The notes: generated from the letters alone by a model not told the origin. Shown: positions 1 through 12,833, counted from the stretch's first letter. The stretch: 64,000 bases of DNA from Scenedesmus sp. PABB004 (GCA_014905635.1 CM026548.1:310001-374000); one strand, 5' to 3'. Numbers and translations: made by a program.

Positions 1-840
1 CCGTTGGCCGCCACGGCGAGCCCCGCGCCGCAGCCGCACTTGCGCGTCGCGGCCGCGCACACGCCGCTCCTGCAGTCGCTGCCGTTGCGGCAGGGCCCCT
101 CGCCGAGCGCGCAGAGCTTGCCGCCCGCCGCGCACGGCGGCCGCGGCTTGAGCGCCGCCGGCTTGACGTCCTGCACCGCGCCCGGGATCTGCGACGGCCT
201 GCAGCTCCGCCTGTCCGGCGCCGGCGCCGTGCCGGGCGGGCACGCGCAGCGCCGCGTGCCCGCGTCGCAGCCGCCCGCCGCGCAGTCGGCGTCGGCGCCG
301 CACGCCTGCGAGAGGGCGCAGCGCCGGCTGCAGGCGCCCCCGCAGTCGACGTCGGCCTCCCGGCCGTCGCGGCGGCCGTTGTAGCAGGTGGACTGCTCGC
401 TGAAGCACGCGCGCCGCGCCGCGTCGAGCGCGAGCCCCGCGGGGCAGCCGCACGTCGAGCTCGCGGGGTCGCACGTGCCGCTCTCGCAGTCGGCGCCCGT
501 GCGGCACGCCTGCAGCAGGCGGCACTTGCGGCTGCACTCGCCGCTGCAGTCCACGTCCGCCTCGCCGCCGTCGCGCACGCCGTTGGCGCACTGCCGCGCA
601 ACGTCCGCCTGCTCAGCAGGCAGGCGCGGCGGCGGAGGCGGCGGCGCTCGGCGGGCGCGGCACGACGGCTGCTGCACCGGCAACGGCCGCCGCCGGCGGC
701 GCCGATGCCCCCAGCACGCTCACCGCGGCGCGCGCCCCGAGCGCCTGGTGCGCCAGCAGCAGCGGCAGCAGCAGCAGCAGCGTCACCGCCGGCGCCGCGC
801 GCCGCCGGCGCGGCCCGCGCGCAGCCGCTGCCGGGGGCAT
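1..840 (-). CDS. Secreted cysteine-rich repeat protein (3' end runs off window)
   Basis: ATG 840. Exon 1 (840-724) encodes a signal peptide (VTLLLLLPLLLAHQALG). GT-AG intron 723-609. The frame is then open to position 1, with two repeats CANGVRDGGEADVDCSGEC and CYNGRRDGREADVDCGGAC, each followed by a Cys-rich unit. Confidence 0.85.
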
Positions 841-1100
841 GACCTTGAGCGCCCCCGGCTCAGAGCGCGGCAGCAGGCGTCATGGCGGCCGCCCTGCGAG
901 CGGCGTGGCGCATGCGCTTGCCCCGCCTGCCGCAGCGCGGTCACGGCGCGCGGCAGCGCCGGGCCCAGAGGTCGGGGCTGCGCCGGGGCAGCTGCAGCGC
1001 ACCTGCGCGCCGACGATCGCGCCCAGACGACACGAGGAGCGGCGCGCGGGCCCGCGGACGGGCGCACGCCGGCGCGCGTGGCGGCTCGAGAGAGGGAGGC

Positions 1101-1106
1101 TTTATA
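1101..1106 (-). promoter_or_regulatory. Possible TATA box (TATAAA) for the Cys-rich protein gene
   Basis: TATAAA on the minus strand in very GC-rich DNA, about 260 nt upstream of ATG 840. Confidence 0.45.
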
Positions 1107-1712
1107 CGCCGATGATGGAGGGAGCTGGGCGCGGGCGCGCGGTGGCCTGCTGCTGCGCGCCGGCTGCTGCTGCTGCACAGGCTGAGCGGCGCAGGCTGCG
1201 GTGTGTGTGCCTCCCCACAGTACGAGAGCGAGTCGGCGAATCAGCATGAGCGCGGCCGCGGTCTGGCATGCTGCCCTTGCGCCGCCGCGGACAACTGACG
1301 GCGTGCGCCGCTGCCGCAGGCCCAGCGCCGCGCACCGCCTCGCTCGCCACTTCCGGTGGATGCGTCTCGGGCGCCCGGGGGCGCCGTGCCCTGCCTGCAG
1401 GCTCTCCGCCAGCAGAGCAGCAGCGCCGCGAGCGCGCGCAGCAGCCCGCCGCGTGTGCTCCTGGCGAGCCCCTGATCGCCCGTGCGAGCTCCCGCTCGAT
1501 CGGCCTTTGCGGTCCCTCGCCCGCCGCTCGCGCGGCGCGCCCCCGCGGCGGCAGCGGCAGGCGCAGCTGCGGCGGTCGCAGCAGCGGCAGCGGCGGCCAA
1601 CCGCTCCGCTCCGCGCGCCGCGGCGGCGGCGGCATGCCGGCGACGGCGCCGCGCCCGCGGCGCGCCGCCGCGGCGGGCTGCGGCGGCGGCCGATGAGCCG
1701 CGGCGCGGCGCG

Positions 1713-3295
1713 ATGGCGGGCGACGCGGCGCGGGGCGCGGCGCGCTGGACCGAGCTGTTCCGCCGCGAGCACAACACGCTCTACGACGTCCTGCTCTGGC
1801 GCGGCACGCCGTGGCCAGCGCTGGCGCTGGGGTGGCAGCCGGGCGCGTGGGCGCCGCCGGCCGGCGTGGCCGGCGCCGCCGCCGCCGCGGCCGCCGACGC
1901 GGCGGCCGACGCGCTCGCGCGCGCCGCCGCCGACGGCGCGGACGGGCGCGAGGCGGTGGCGCTGCCGGGCGCGCACGCGTACCTGCTGCTGGGCGAGCAG
2001 ACGTCGGGCGGCGGGGCGGCGCACGTCGTGCTGCTGCGCGTCGCGCTGCCGGGGTCGCCGCCGCCGGGCTTCGACCCCGACGCGCAGCGCCTCGCGGTGC
2101 CCCGCGGCGAGATCGTGCCCGTCCTGGCGGTGGCGCACGGCCGCGTCGACGTCAACGGCCTGCACGCAATGCCGTCCAATGCTGGACTTGTGGCGACGTG
2201 CAGCGACGAGCCCGCCGTGCGCGTGTTTGACCTCGCCGCCGCAGCGGCCGCGGCGGAGCAGCGCGCGCAGCGGGCGGGGGGCGCTGGCGGCGGCGGTGGC
2301 GGCGGCGGCGGCGACAGCGACGACAGCGACGACGACGACGACGACGACCCCGACCGCGGCGCGGCCCTGGTGGCGCGCCTCGGCGGCCGCGCGGACGGCG
2401 GGTTTGGGCTGCAGTGGTCGCCCAGCCAGCCGGGGCTGCTGCTCGGCGGCGACCTGGCCGGCGGCGTCGCGCTCTGGGACGTGCAGCGCGCCGCCGGCGG
2501 CGGTGGCGGCCCCGCGGAGGTGCAGCCCGCCCACGCCTGCGCCGACTTGACGGGCGGCGCCGCCATCAACGCCGTGGCGTGGCACGCGAGCGGCGACCTC
2601 TTTGCCGCTGCGACCGAGCGGGGGGAGCTGGTGCTTCAGGACGTGCGCTGCCCCGGGCGGGCGGGGCGGCCGCGCGCGCGGGCCCCTTCGCGCCCGCCGC
2701 GCGCCGCGCCGGCATGGTGCACGTGCGCCGCGACCGCGCGGGGCAGCCCCCTGCGGCGCCCGACGCGCTGTGTGTCGCGTTTGACGGCGCGCCTGGCGGC
2801 AGGCACCGCCTCGCGAGCGGCGGGCGGGACGGCCGCGTCGCCGTGCTCGACCTGCGCGCGCTGGACGCGCCGCTTGAAGTGCTCTCCCTGCATGCCGGCG
2901 ACGTGCGCTGCGTCGCGTGGAGCGCCGGCGCGCCCGGCCTGCTCGTGAGCGCGGGCGAGGACGGGCATGTCCTGCTCTGGGACGCCGGGTCGATGCGCCA
3001 CGCGGCGGCGGGCGGCGGGCACGCTGGCAGCGGTCTCGGCCTAGCGCCGCGGCCGCGGCCGCGCGGCGCCGCGCGGCGCGTCGGCGCCGCGCTGGGCACG
3101 CTGGGCGCGCCGGGTCTGCTCTTCCCGCACCACGGCCACCTGGGCGCCGTCGACGCGGTCGCGGTGCACCCCGACCGCCCCTGGCTGCTCGCCTCGGCGT
3201 CGGCCGCGTCCGCGCCCGGCCCCGGCGCCGCGCCGGCGCAGGGCGAGACGCTCATGGTGTGGGAGGTCAACCGCTCCGCCGGGCTGCTGGGCTGA
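1713..3295 (+). CDS. WD40 histone-binding protein, MSI1/RBBP4 (CAF1C)-like, divergent
   Basis: N-terminal LYDVLLWRGTPWPALALGW resembles the CAF1C H4-binding segment. WD repeats include GFGLQWSP..LWDV, LASGGRDGRVAVLDLR, LVSAGEDGHVLLWD and LLFPHHGHLGAV. One frame break near 2655; no intron seen. Confidence 0.75.
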
Positions 3296-3522
3296 GCCAG
3301 GCGGCGGGGCAAGGGCCTTGCAGCGGCGGTTTGGGGCACAGCGTGTGACGCGCGCCGCGCGGCGGCGCGTTGCAACCGCGCGTGCGCCCGCCCGGCGGCC
3401 AGCTGCGTGCGCGCAGGGGCCGCCCGCCGTTCTCAACACAGCGCTGGCAGGCATGCGTCCCCCGCCCCGCTCGACGGCCTGAGGGCGCGCCCGGCGCCGC
3501 TGCCGCGGGCGGCGCCACAGCG

Positions 3523-6500
3523 ATGGCGGAGGAGGTGCTGGCGGAGGAGGTGCTGGAGAACCAGATTTGGATCGGACTGAGCATGTGGTGAGCGCGCGGG
3601 AGCGGGTGCCAGTGGCCGCGGCGGCAGCAGCGGCCGCGGCAGTTCGCGCCCCCAGGCGCGCGCTGGGGCCCCGCCCGCGCCAGAGGCGTCCGCCGGGACA
3701 CGCGGCAGCGACCACGCACCGCCACGCGCGGCGGCAGCCCTCCGCGAGCGCGCGCTGCAACAGCGTCGGGCGGCGCGCCGCTGCCGAGCTGGCGCCGCTG
3801 AGCGCTCTCTGCCCGCCGGCGCGGCGCGCGCGCGCCGCCAGGCGCGAGGCCTTCGTGCTGCCCTTCATCCCGGGGACCGTGCCGGGCTGGTCGGACGCGT
3901 GCTTCGCGCCCGTGGCGTGGGACGGCGGCGGCGACGGCGACGCCGCGGCCGGCCCGCCGCGCGCGGACGGCGACGGCGGCTGGCGCGTGGTGTGCAGCCC
4001 CGCGACCGACGGCGAGGGCTGGGTGTACGGCACGGCCTTTGAGCACCTGCGCGAGGACCGGCCTGGCGGGCGCGCCAGCAAGCGCGCGAACGACCGCGTG
4101 CGCAGCCGGCTCTGGCGCCGCGCGACGGGCAGCGGCGCGCCGCGGCGGCGCAGCCAGGCGGTGCAGGTGCGGCGGCGGGGGCCGGCGGTGGGGGCCGGCG
4201 GCGCGCGGCGCAGCAGCCGCGAGGGGCGCGCTGACGCGCGGCGCGCGCTGCCGCGCCCGTCGCCGCGCCGCAGTCCGACGCGGGCGGCCTGGCGGCGGCG
4301 GCCGGCGCGGCGGCCGCCGCCGCGGCGGACGGCACGGCCGCCGCTGGCCGCGCCGCGCTCAAGGGCGCGGCGCGCGCGGCGCAGGCGGTGCAGGCGGCGA
4401 CGGCGGCGGGCGCGGCCAAGAAGGCGAGCCTGTCGGGGATGTGGGCGACGTTCAGCCGCCTGCTGCGCGACGCGGCGGCGCGGCACAACACGTCGATGAT
4501 CACGCCAGACATATCGGGCTGGTTCTTTGTGGTTGGCGGCCACGCGGAGGAGCTCAAGCGCCAGCAGCTCGCCCAGCTCGCGCACCTGGTGTGGTTCAGC
4601 GGCGAGCCGGCGCTGCGCGCCGCGATGGCGCCCGCCGGGCTCGGCGCCAACGCGCCGGGCGTGGCGCTGCCGGCGGCGCCCGCGCTCGCGGCGGCGCGCC
4701 GCGCGGCGGCGGCCGCGGCGGCCGCGGCTGAGGGCGGCCCGCGGAGCAGCAGCGGCAGCGACGACAGCGCGGGGCGCGGCGCGCTGGAGCAGCAGCGCGC
4801 GCTGGCGGGGCTGCCCTTCCACGGCGTGATGCTCACCCTTGGGGCCGACAGCGGCGCGCAGGCCGCGCGCGGCGGCGCCGCGGCGGCGAGCGCGCCCGAG
4901 CCCGCCGGCGCGGGCGGCGGCGCGGGCGCGGCGGGGCTGCGGCTGCACGTCGGCTCGCTGCAGATGCTGGAGGAGCTGCTCGCGGGCGCGCGCTACAGCC
5001 ACGCCGCGTACGGCTACGTCGCCGCGGCGGGGCACATGAGCAGCGTGGGCAACGCGCTGAAGCTGCTCGCCACGCTGCCCATCTTTGACGCCATCACGGG
5101 TGCGTGGGCGTGCGTGCGCGCGTGCGTGCGTGCGTGCGTGCATGCGTGAGTGCGTGCATGCGTGAGTGCCTGCGTGCCTGCGTGCCTGCGTTGTCGCCGC
5201 CGGCCGGTCGTCGACGAGTCGAGCGCCGCACGCCGCCGCCACGCGCCGCCGCGCGCCGACGCACGCCGCCGCCATGCGCCGCTGCGCGGCCGCGCGGCCG
5301 CGCAGGCGTGTCGCTGCAGGCCAACACGCAGGCGCTCATGAGCCTCGCGGGCTTTGAGGCGGACGACGTGCTGCTCACGAGCTGGACCAACGACACCTTC
5401 CGGCCCTGCCACTACGTCGCAATCGACCGCGCCCGCCGCTGCCTGGTGCGGCAGCGCCGCGCCCCACGTGCCCGCGCGCGCCCGCCCCGCGCGCGCCCGT
5501 CGGCGGGCGCGGCCGCCTCAGCGCGCCGCCGCGCCCGCGCCCGCGCCCGTGCCCGTCTCCAGGTCATCGCCGTGCGTGGCAGCCTCGAGATGGGGGACCT
5601 GGAGACGGACGTCACCGCCGCGCCGCTCGCGTACGAGCTGCAGGGCGTGTCGGGCTGGGTGCACGAGGGCCTGCTCGCCGCGGCGGCGTACGTCGTCGCC
5701 AACACCGTCGACGCGCTCGCCGAGGCCGCGGCGCGCGCGCCGGGGTGGCCGCTCGTCGTCGCGGGTGCGCGGCGGCGGCGGCAGCGGCGGCGGCGGAGCA
5801 GACCCCGCCCCGGAGCTCGCGCCCGCCAAGCCCGTCCGCGCCGCCACGCCTCGCAGGCCACAGCCTCGGCGGCGGCGTCGCGGCGCTCGTGACGCTGCTG
5901 CTGCAGCAGCCCGGCGCCGCGCCGCGCGGCGTCGGCGGCGTGCGCTGCGTGTGCGTGGGCCCCGCCGCGGTGCTGAGCCAGGAGCTCAACGCGCTGTGCG
6001 AGCAGTACATCACGAGCGTGGTGGTCGGCGCAGACGCCATCCCGCGCCTCAGGCGCGTGCACGGGGCAGGGTCGGGACGTGGGGCGCAGGGCGCCGGGCG
6101 CGGGCGTGCCGCGCCGCGCGCCGCGCGGGCCGGCGCCGCCGCCGGCCGGAGCCGCACACTGACTGACGCGCCCGCCCGCCGCCGCGGGCCGGCGCCGCTG
6201 CTCGCGCAGCACGTTCAGCGTCGAGTCGCTGCTGCTGGACCTGGTGAGCGCGTCCATCAGCCGCCGCGTGACGAGCCAGCTCGCGGCGACGACCAGCTCC
6301 GTCGCCGCGAGCACCGGCGCGGCGCTCAGCTCGCTGAGCCAGGGCCTCACGCGGCTCGCCAACACCGCGACCGGCAGCGTCACGAGCGCCGCCGGCGCGC
6401 TCGCGGGCAGCCTGGCGGGCGGCTACCTCGGCGGCAGCTTCACCGGCCTCGCCAGCATCGCCGGCCTCGCCGCGTCCGGCTCGCCGCGCGCGCTGCCGGC

Positions 6501-9500
6501 CGCCGCCCCCAGCGGCGGCGACGGCGCGGCCCGGCGCAGCCTCGAGCTGACGCGGCGCGCTGGCCTGGAGCAGGCCGGCGACGCGGGCCTGCCGCCGCGG
6601 CAGGGGCTGCAGCGGCTGCACGACATCTTGAGGGACGAGCGCGAGGAGGAGATTCGGCGCCGCAGCTTCGACGCCGCGGCGCCGCCGGACGCCGCGGCGG
6701 CGCACGAGCGGCCGGCGCTCGACCCGCTGCAGCAGCAGCTGCCGGTCGCGCCGCCGCCGCCGCCGCTGCCGCAGCAGCAGCCGCAGCAGCAGCAGGGCAT
6801 CGCGGTGCAGGACGCCGCGGCGGTGGCGGCCGAAGCGACGGCGGCCCTGCGGCCGCCGCCGGGCGCTGGCCGGCCGCGCTGCCCGAGCCCACCCAAGCGG
6901 CCGGGGCGCGCGGTCGCGGTCGCGCCGCGCGACGCACCGGGCGGCTCGGGCGCGCCGGCCGCCGCAGGCCCCGCCGCAGAGGCGGCTGCGGGCGCGAGCG
7001 CGGGCGTCGCGGGGGCAGCCCCAAGGCGCCGGGGCAGCAGGGGGCGTCCATGATTTTCCCTCGCATGGACGACGCCAGCATCATCACAGGCATACAGGCC
7101 GCGTGCGCCGAGATCCGGCCGCGCGGCGGCGGCGCGCCCGGCCCCGCGCCGAGCACCGGCGGCGGCGCGCCGCGCTGGAGCAGCGGCAGCGGCAGCGGCA
7201 GCGGCAGCGGCGCCGACTCGCCCTTTGCGGCGGCGGCTGCGCGCCGCGGCGGCGGCGCCGAAGAGCCGCAGCAGGCGTCGGAGTTGCAGGCCCAGGCGTC
7301 GCTGCGGAAGTGCCCGAGCGAGTCGAGCCTGCAGCAGTGGGCGAGCGACGGCCTGGGCGCGCTGGGCGAGCCGTCCTGGGTGCGCCTGAGCCGGCCTGAG
7401 GCGGCGGCGAAGCAGGACACGCAGCAGCAGGACGGCGGCGCTGGTGGTGGCGGGCCCGGCGCGCCGCACGACGCCGTCAGCGCGCTCGAGTCGGACCTAA
7501 AGCGCACCGCGCGGCTCTACCCGCCCGGCCGGTGAGCGCAGCGCTGCGCCGAGCACCAGCGAGGGGCCACAAAGACCCTGCCGCCACCGCCAGCGCCGAC
7601 GCTGTCGCGGCGAGCGCCGAGGCTGTCGCTGTGTCATAACGCGCGCCCGCCGCCGCGCGCCCGCGCAGGATCCTCTGGGTGCTATCGGAGGACCTGGTGG
7701 GGCCCGCGGCGCACCAGCTGGTCACGGCCGTCGCAGCGCACCTGCCGCGCGCGTCGGCCGCGTCGGGCGCCGACCCGGCGGCCGCCGCCGCCGCCGCCGC
7801 GGCGGCGGCCGCCAGTGCCGCGCGCCGCAAGTCGGCGGCTGACGGCGGGGCGGTGCTGTCGGGCGACGGCGCCATGCAGGCGCCCGCGCCAGCCGAGATG
7901 GGCATGCCACCCAGCATCAGCAGCCCGCCGCAGGGCGGGCAGCGGCAGCAGCAGCTGGGGCCCCTGCAGGCGCAGGGGCCGGGGGAGCAGCAGGCGGCGG
8001 GGGCGCCGCCGCCGGCGCGCCTGGCGCGGCAGATCAGCCGGCGCACGGTCGCGCGCGACACCGCCACCGCGCACGCCGTGGCGGCGGCCAGCGCCATGCA
8101 CATCCTGGAGGACGTGCACAGCCTGGACGCCAAGCGCACGGCGGTCGCGGCGCTGCACGCGGCGCAGCACGAGCACCCGCCGCTGCACCTCGGCGCGGGC
8201 GGGCTCGACGCGCAGCTGCAGCACGAGCAGCGCCTGGAGGCGGAGGACGCGCGCGCCGCCGGCGGCGCAGGCGGCGCGGCGCCGCCGCAGCGGCAGCAGC
8301 CGCCCGCGGCGCCGGAGCGGCAGCCGCAGCGGCGCGGCCAGGGCGCGGCGTCGCTGCAGCTGAGCGCCATGGGCCGCTCGACCAGCACGCCGCTGGAGGT
8401 GGACGGCGCGGCGGCGGCGGCGACGGCAGGGCAGGGCCGGGGGCCGGACCCCGACCAGGACCTGCCGCCGGAGCTGCAGCAGCTGCTGGCCATCCTGGGG
8501 CGCCCCGCCGACGCGAGCGCCGCGCTGTGCATCGCGCACAAGCGGCAGCTGCTGCTGCAGCACTTTTGGCGCCAGCGCCGCGCCGACGCGACCGCGGCGG
8601 CGGAGCAGGCCGCGGCGGCGGCGGCGGCGGCCGCGGTGAGCCTCGGCCGGCGCGCGCGCACGACCAGCGACTCGGTGCTGATGCGGTATGAAGACATGAT
8701 CGCCTCCGTGGACGACGAGCTGTTTGTGAGCTCCGCCGACGAGGCGCGGCGCGCGGCGGAGCGGCTGGTCGAGCTCGCGGAGCGCAGCAGCCGCGGCAGC
8801 AGCGCGGCCGGCAGCGTGGCGGCGCCCGGCGAGCGGCCGCGCAGCGCCAGCCCGGGGCGCGGCCACGGCCGCAGCCTGTCGTGGTCGGGCGAGCGCGCGG
8901 CGCCCTGCGGCGACGGGCGCGGCCGGCCCGGCAGCGCGCGGGACAGCCGGCGGGGCAGCGGCGACGGCATGTGGGGCCTGCCGCACGCGCTCGCCGCCGC
9001 CGGCGCGGGCCAGCCCGCCGAGCCGCGGCCGGCGCCGGGGGCGGAGGAGCAGGTGCAGCTGGCGCTGCTGGCCGAGTCGGACGAGTACGCCGCCTGGGCG
9101 GCGCGGCAGGCGGCGGCGCACGCGCGCGCGGCCGAGGCCGGGGCGGCGCGGCGCGGCGCGCCCGCGCCCCCGCCCGCGCCGCCCGCGGCGGGCGCGCTGA
9201 GCCTGCAGGAGCTGGCGGTTGAGAGCTTCATCGAGCTGGCGCACCTGCCGGAGCGCATCGCAGAGTCGCTCGGCGCGATGACGCTCGGCGGCGGCGGCGG
9301 CGCCGACGACGCGACGCTCGCCGCGCTGTGCGCGCCCGCCGTCGCGCCCGCGGGCGGCGGCGGCGCCGGCGGCAGCGGCGGCGCGGCGGCGGGCGAGGGC
9401 GCCGCCGCCGCCGCGGCGCTGCCCGGCGGCAGGTGGGCCCACCGCAGGGGCTGCGCGGGCGCGCGCCGGGCGCGCGCCGCGGCCGCCTCACGCGCCCGCG

Positions 9501-9692
9501 CCGCGCCGCCGCAGGCTGCCAGTGGTGGTCATGCCGGAGCGGGACGTCTTTGGCCGCCTGCTGCTGCACCGCACCGCCGTGCAGGACCACCTGCCCAGCA
9601 ACTATGTGCGCGTGCTCACCGAGCTGCGCGACGCCTACGTCGGGCTGCCCGCCGCGCTGCAGGCGGCCGCGGCGGTGCCGCTCGCAGACTGA
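3523..9692 (+). CDS. Class-3 lipase (DAG-lipase-like) with N-terminal dysferlin (DysF)-like domain
   Basis: Spliced motifs VIAVRGS, GWVHEGLL, G|HSLGGG nucleophile elbow, DAIPRLS, LYPPGR|I and DHLPSNY. N-terminus has EVLENQ..W..WSD..DGEGWVYG..VRSRLWRR. Eight introns, one GC-AG (6053-6209). Frame break at about 6900-7020. Confidence 0.85.
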
Positions 9693-9759
9693 CGCGCCCG
9701 CGCCGCGGCAGCGCGGCGGCACGATCAAACGAATGAGCGGAGCTTTGGGGCGCCCAAAG

Positions 9760-9764
9760 TGTAA
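9760..9764 (+). terminator. TGTAA polyadenylation signal (lipase gene)
   Basis: Chlorophyte-type TGTAA about 70 nt after the stop at 9692. Confidence 0.6.
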
Positions 9765-9846
9765 CATTCAACTTGTGCGGCGGGACGTCCCGTGCGCGGT
9801 GCACAGCGTGGGGGCTCCTTCGCGGCGCGGCGCTGCCACGCGTCGC

Positions 9847-12542
9847 TCACGCCTCCTCGGCAGCCTCGTTGTCCAGCCGCTTCAGCTCGGCCACCAGCTG
9901 CTGCACGCGCGCCACCTCCGCCGCCTGCGCTTCCATCTGGCGCCGCACGCTCGCCGCGACGTAGCGCCCCACGCCCGCGCCGCTGGGCGCGCCGCCGCCG
10001 CCGCCACCGCCGCCGGCCTCGCCGCCGCCGCCGCCGCCGCCGCCGGCCGCCGCCGCCGAGAACAGCTCCGGGCCGCCCGGCGCCGCGGGCGCGGCGCCGC
10101 CGCCGGCCGCCGCCGCCGCGAGCGGGTCGTAGGCGTCGCCCATGATGCTGCGCATGCCGGGCAGCACGTCGGCCTGCAGGCCGAGCGCCGCGCTCACGAG
10201 CGCGTCCGCCTCGCCCGCCGGCAGCAGCCCCGGCGTCGTCGCGACCTGCAGCAGCACCTGGGCCGCCTCGGTGAAGTGGTAACCCAGCAGCTGCCCCGCC
10301 TCCACCGCGCCGTAGCAGCGCGAGACGTTGGCCCACGCGGCGGCGCAGTAGCGCAGAACCCAGCGCGCCACGCGGCGCGCCGTCTCGGCCGCGCGCGCCT
10401 GCTGCGGCGCGAGCGCCGGCTCCGCCGGCGCCGGCGCCGTTGGCGGCGGTGCCGCGGGGTTGATCTGGAGCGGCGGGCGGCGGCGGCGGCGGCTAGGTCG
10501 GAGAGCGGTCCCATGCTTGCGTTTGACCCCTCCCACACACGCACACACACGCACACACACGCACAAACACCACCACCACGCCGCGTCGCGTGCGCACCTT
10601 GAACTGCATTGCGGCCTGCTCCAGAACGCCGCAGTGCAGCTCCACGCCGATCAGCAGCAGCCGCCAGCTCGCCCAGTGCCTGCGCGTGCCGCGCGCGCGT
10701 GCGCGGCGGGCCGGCTCTGCGCGTGCGCTCGGCACAGCGCGTGGCGCCTGCGCCCGCGCGCGCACGCGCGCACACACCTCGGCCCGAGCAGGCGAACCAC
10801 GCCCAGCAGCCGGTCGTGCAGCGCCGACGGCTCCCTGCGGGCGGGCGCGCGCGGCGGCGGTCGGCGACGCCCAGGCACCGCGGGCATGTGCGCGCTGAAG
10901 CGTCAGGCCCTTGCCCGGACACCTCGGCGCCCGCGGCGCGGGCCCCGCGCCCACCTGATGAGCGGCGCGGTGTCGAGCGAGTCGTCCAGCCGGCTGACCC
11001 AGGCCTCCATGTCGCCCTCGATCGTGGCATGCGACCGCGTGTAAAACCTGGGGCGCGGCGCCGCGGCGCGCCGCGTGGCCGGCGGCTCCGGACCGGGCGC
11101 GCGGCGGCAGCGGCGGCGGCGGCAGCGCGCGGCGCGGGCGCGAGGCATGAGCACGCGCGGCGCGCGCCTGCCCCAGAGCTCCGTCGTGTCGTTGGCGAAG
11201 GTCGCACCGCACACGTCGCAGGTCCACGGCGCGGCGTCGCCCGCGGCGAGCGCCGCCACGTCGCAGTAGATGTACCCACACTCGCCGCCGCCCGCCTCGC
11301 CGCCCGCCTCGCCGCCCGCCTCGCCGCCGCCCCCGGCCGCGGCCGGCGCCGCTGCCGGCTCGGGCAGCGCCACCTCCTCCTTCAGCAGCTTGTCGGCCGC
11401 CCGGAAGGGCCCCGAGCACGCGGGGCAGGGGATGCCGCGCGCGAGGTCGCGCTCGCGCGTGCACCTGCGGCGGCCGCGGCGGCCGGGGGCGGCGGCGCCA
11501 CGCGTGAGCGCGGCGGCGACGCGGTGGCGGGCCGGCCGGCCCGGCGGGCGGCAGCGCGCGGCCGTGGCCATGCGGCCGCCGCACCGGTCGCAGGTGCACT
11601 TGAACAGGAACTTGTCGGCAAGCAGGCGCTGCCGCGCGGGCGTAGACAGCAGGCGCTTGTGACCCGCGCCGAGGTAGTTTGTCGTCAGCAGCGTGCCGGC
11701 TGGGATGGCCGCGGTCGCAACGTGGTACCCCGCCGGCGCGGCGCCCGCGGCCGCGCCGGGCGGCAGGCCGCCGCTCGCGCTGCCGCCGGCGTCGGCGGCC
11801 ATGCCGTGCACGGGCGCGGCCGCGCCCGCGGACGTGCGGTAGGCCGTGTTGGGCGCGGCGCACACGTGCGTCAGCTTTGAGCCGTGCTCGAACAGCGCGG
11901 AGCCGAGGCGGAAGCTGTGGCCATTCGTCACCCAGGTCAGCCAGAGGCGGACGAGCAGGTCAAACGGGGACAGCGGCGGCTGCGCGTGCGCGCCCGGCGG
12001 CGAAAACGGCGCCGCCGTCGCGGCGCGCAGCTCCGGCGTCGGCGGGTGCTCCAGCAGTGTCGACGCGAACAGCCGCGCCTGGCGCACGACGGCCGCGTCG
12101 GCGAACGCGTCGGGGCAGGGGCAGCAGCAGCCCAGCACCGCCGCCTGCGCGGCGGGGTCGGCTGTGAAGAAGGCGAGGAGCTTGAGCACCACGCTCGGCG
12201 GGATGCCGTGCGCCTCGAAGTACGCCTGCAGCGGCTTGCAGAGCGGGTTGCTCGGCTTGAGCTGCGGGACGTGCAGCAGCGGCTGCTCGTGGACCACCAC
12301 GTCGCCTGCGCGCGTCGCGGCGGCGGGCGGCGGGGCGCGCTCGGCGGCAGCGGCGGCGGCGGCGGCGGCGGCGGCCGCCCGCCCGGCTCGCCCGCCGGCG
12401 CGCCGCGCTCGGCAGCAGCAGCAGCCGCCGCCCGCCCCGCTCGCCCCGGCGACGGACCTGGCGAGAACGCGCGCTCCGCTATGAGCACATTGCCCAGGCC
12501 ACTGCGCGCCTCCACACGCACGCTGCCAGGGCCTGGCTGCAT
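9847..12542 (-). CDS. SET-domain protein lysine methyltransferase, SMYD-like
   Basis: GLGNVLIAERAFSPGDVVVHEQPLL; FEHGSKLTHVCAAPN; AIPAGTLLTTNYL; post-SET FKCTCDRC; further CPAC..CDVC; helical C-terminus. Six introns, one GC-AG (11167-11048). Confidence 0.85.
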
Positions 12543-12831
12543 CGCAGGCGGCGGCGGCAGGCGGCGGCGTGCGCCGGTGGCGCCGACAAGCGAGAGTCTG
12601 CGGGCGTCGGCGGGAGGTCGCTTTGCGACGTGACACACGTTGTGGCCGCGCGGGGGCGGGCGCGCGGGGCTGGCGCGCCTCGCCGGCGGCCCAGCAGCGC
12701 CGCTGCTCGCGGTTCTGCGGAGCCGCGCCACGCGCCGCGGCGAGCTCCAGGGGCTCGTGCGCGGCCGCCATACGCTCCGCCTCTTGTCTCAGAAAAGTCC
12801 CGTTCACTGTGCGCGCTCGCCGTCCCCCCGC

Positions 12832-12833
<2 letters not shown>

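Noticed and set aside
2655..2712. Non-AG acceptor intron in the WD40 gene
   Set aside because: A single missing base explains the frame change, as at the other breaks. No other non-AG acceptor was needed in the window.
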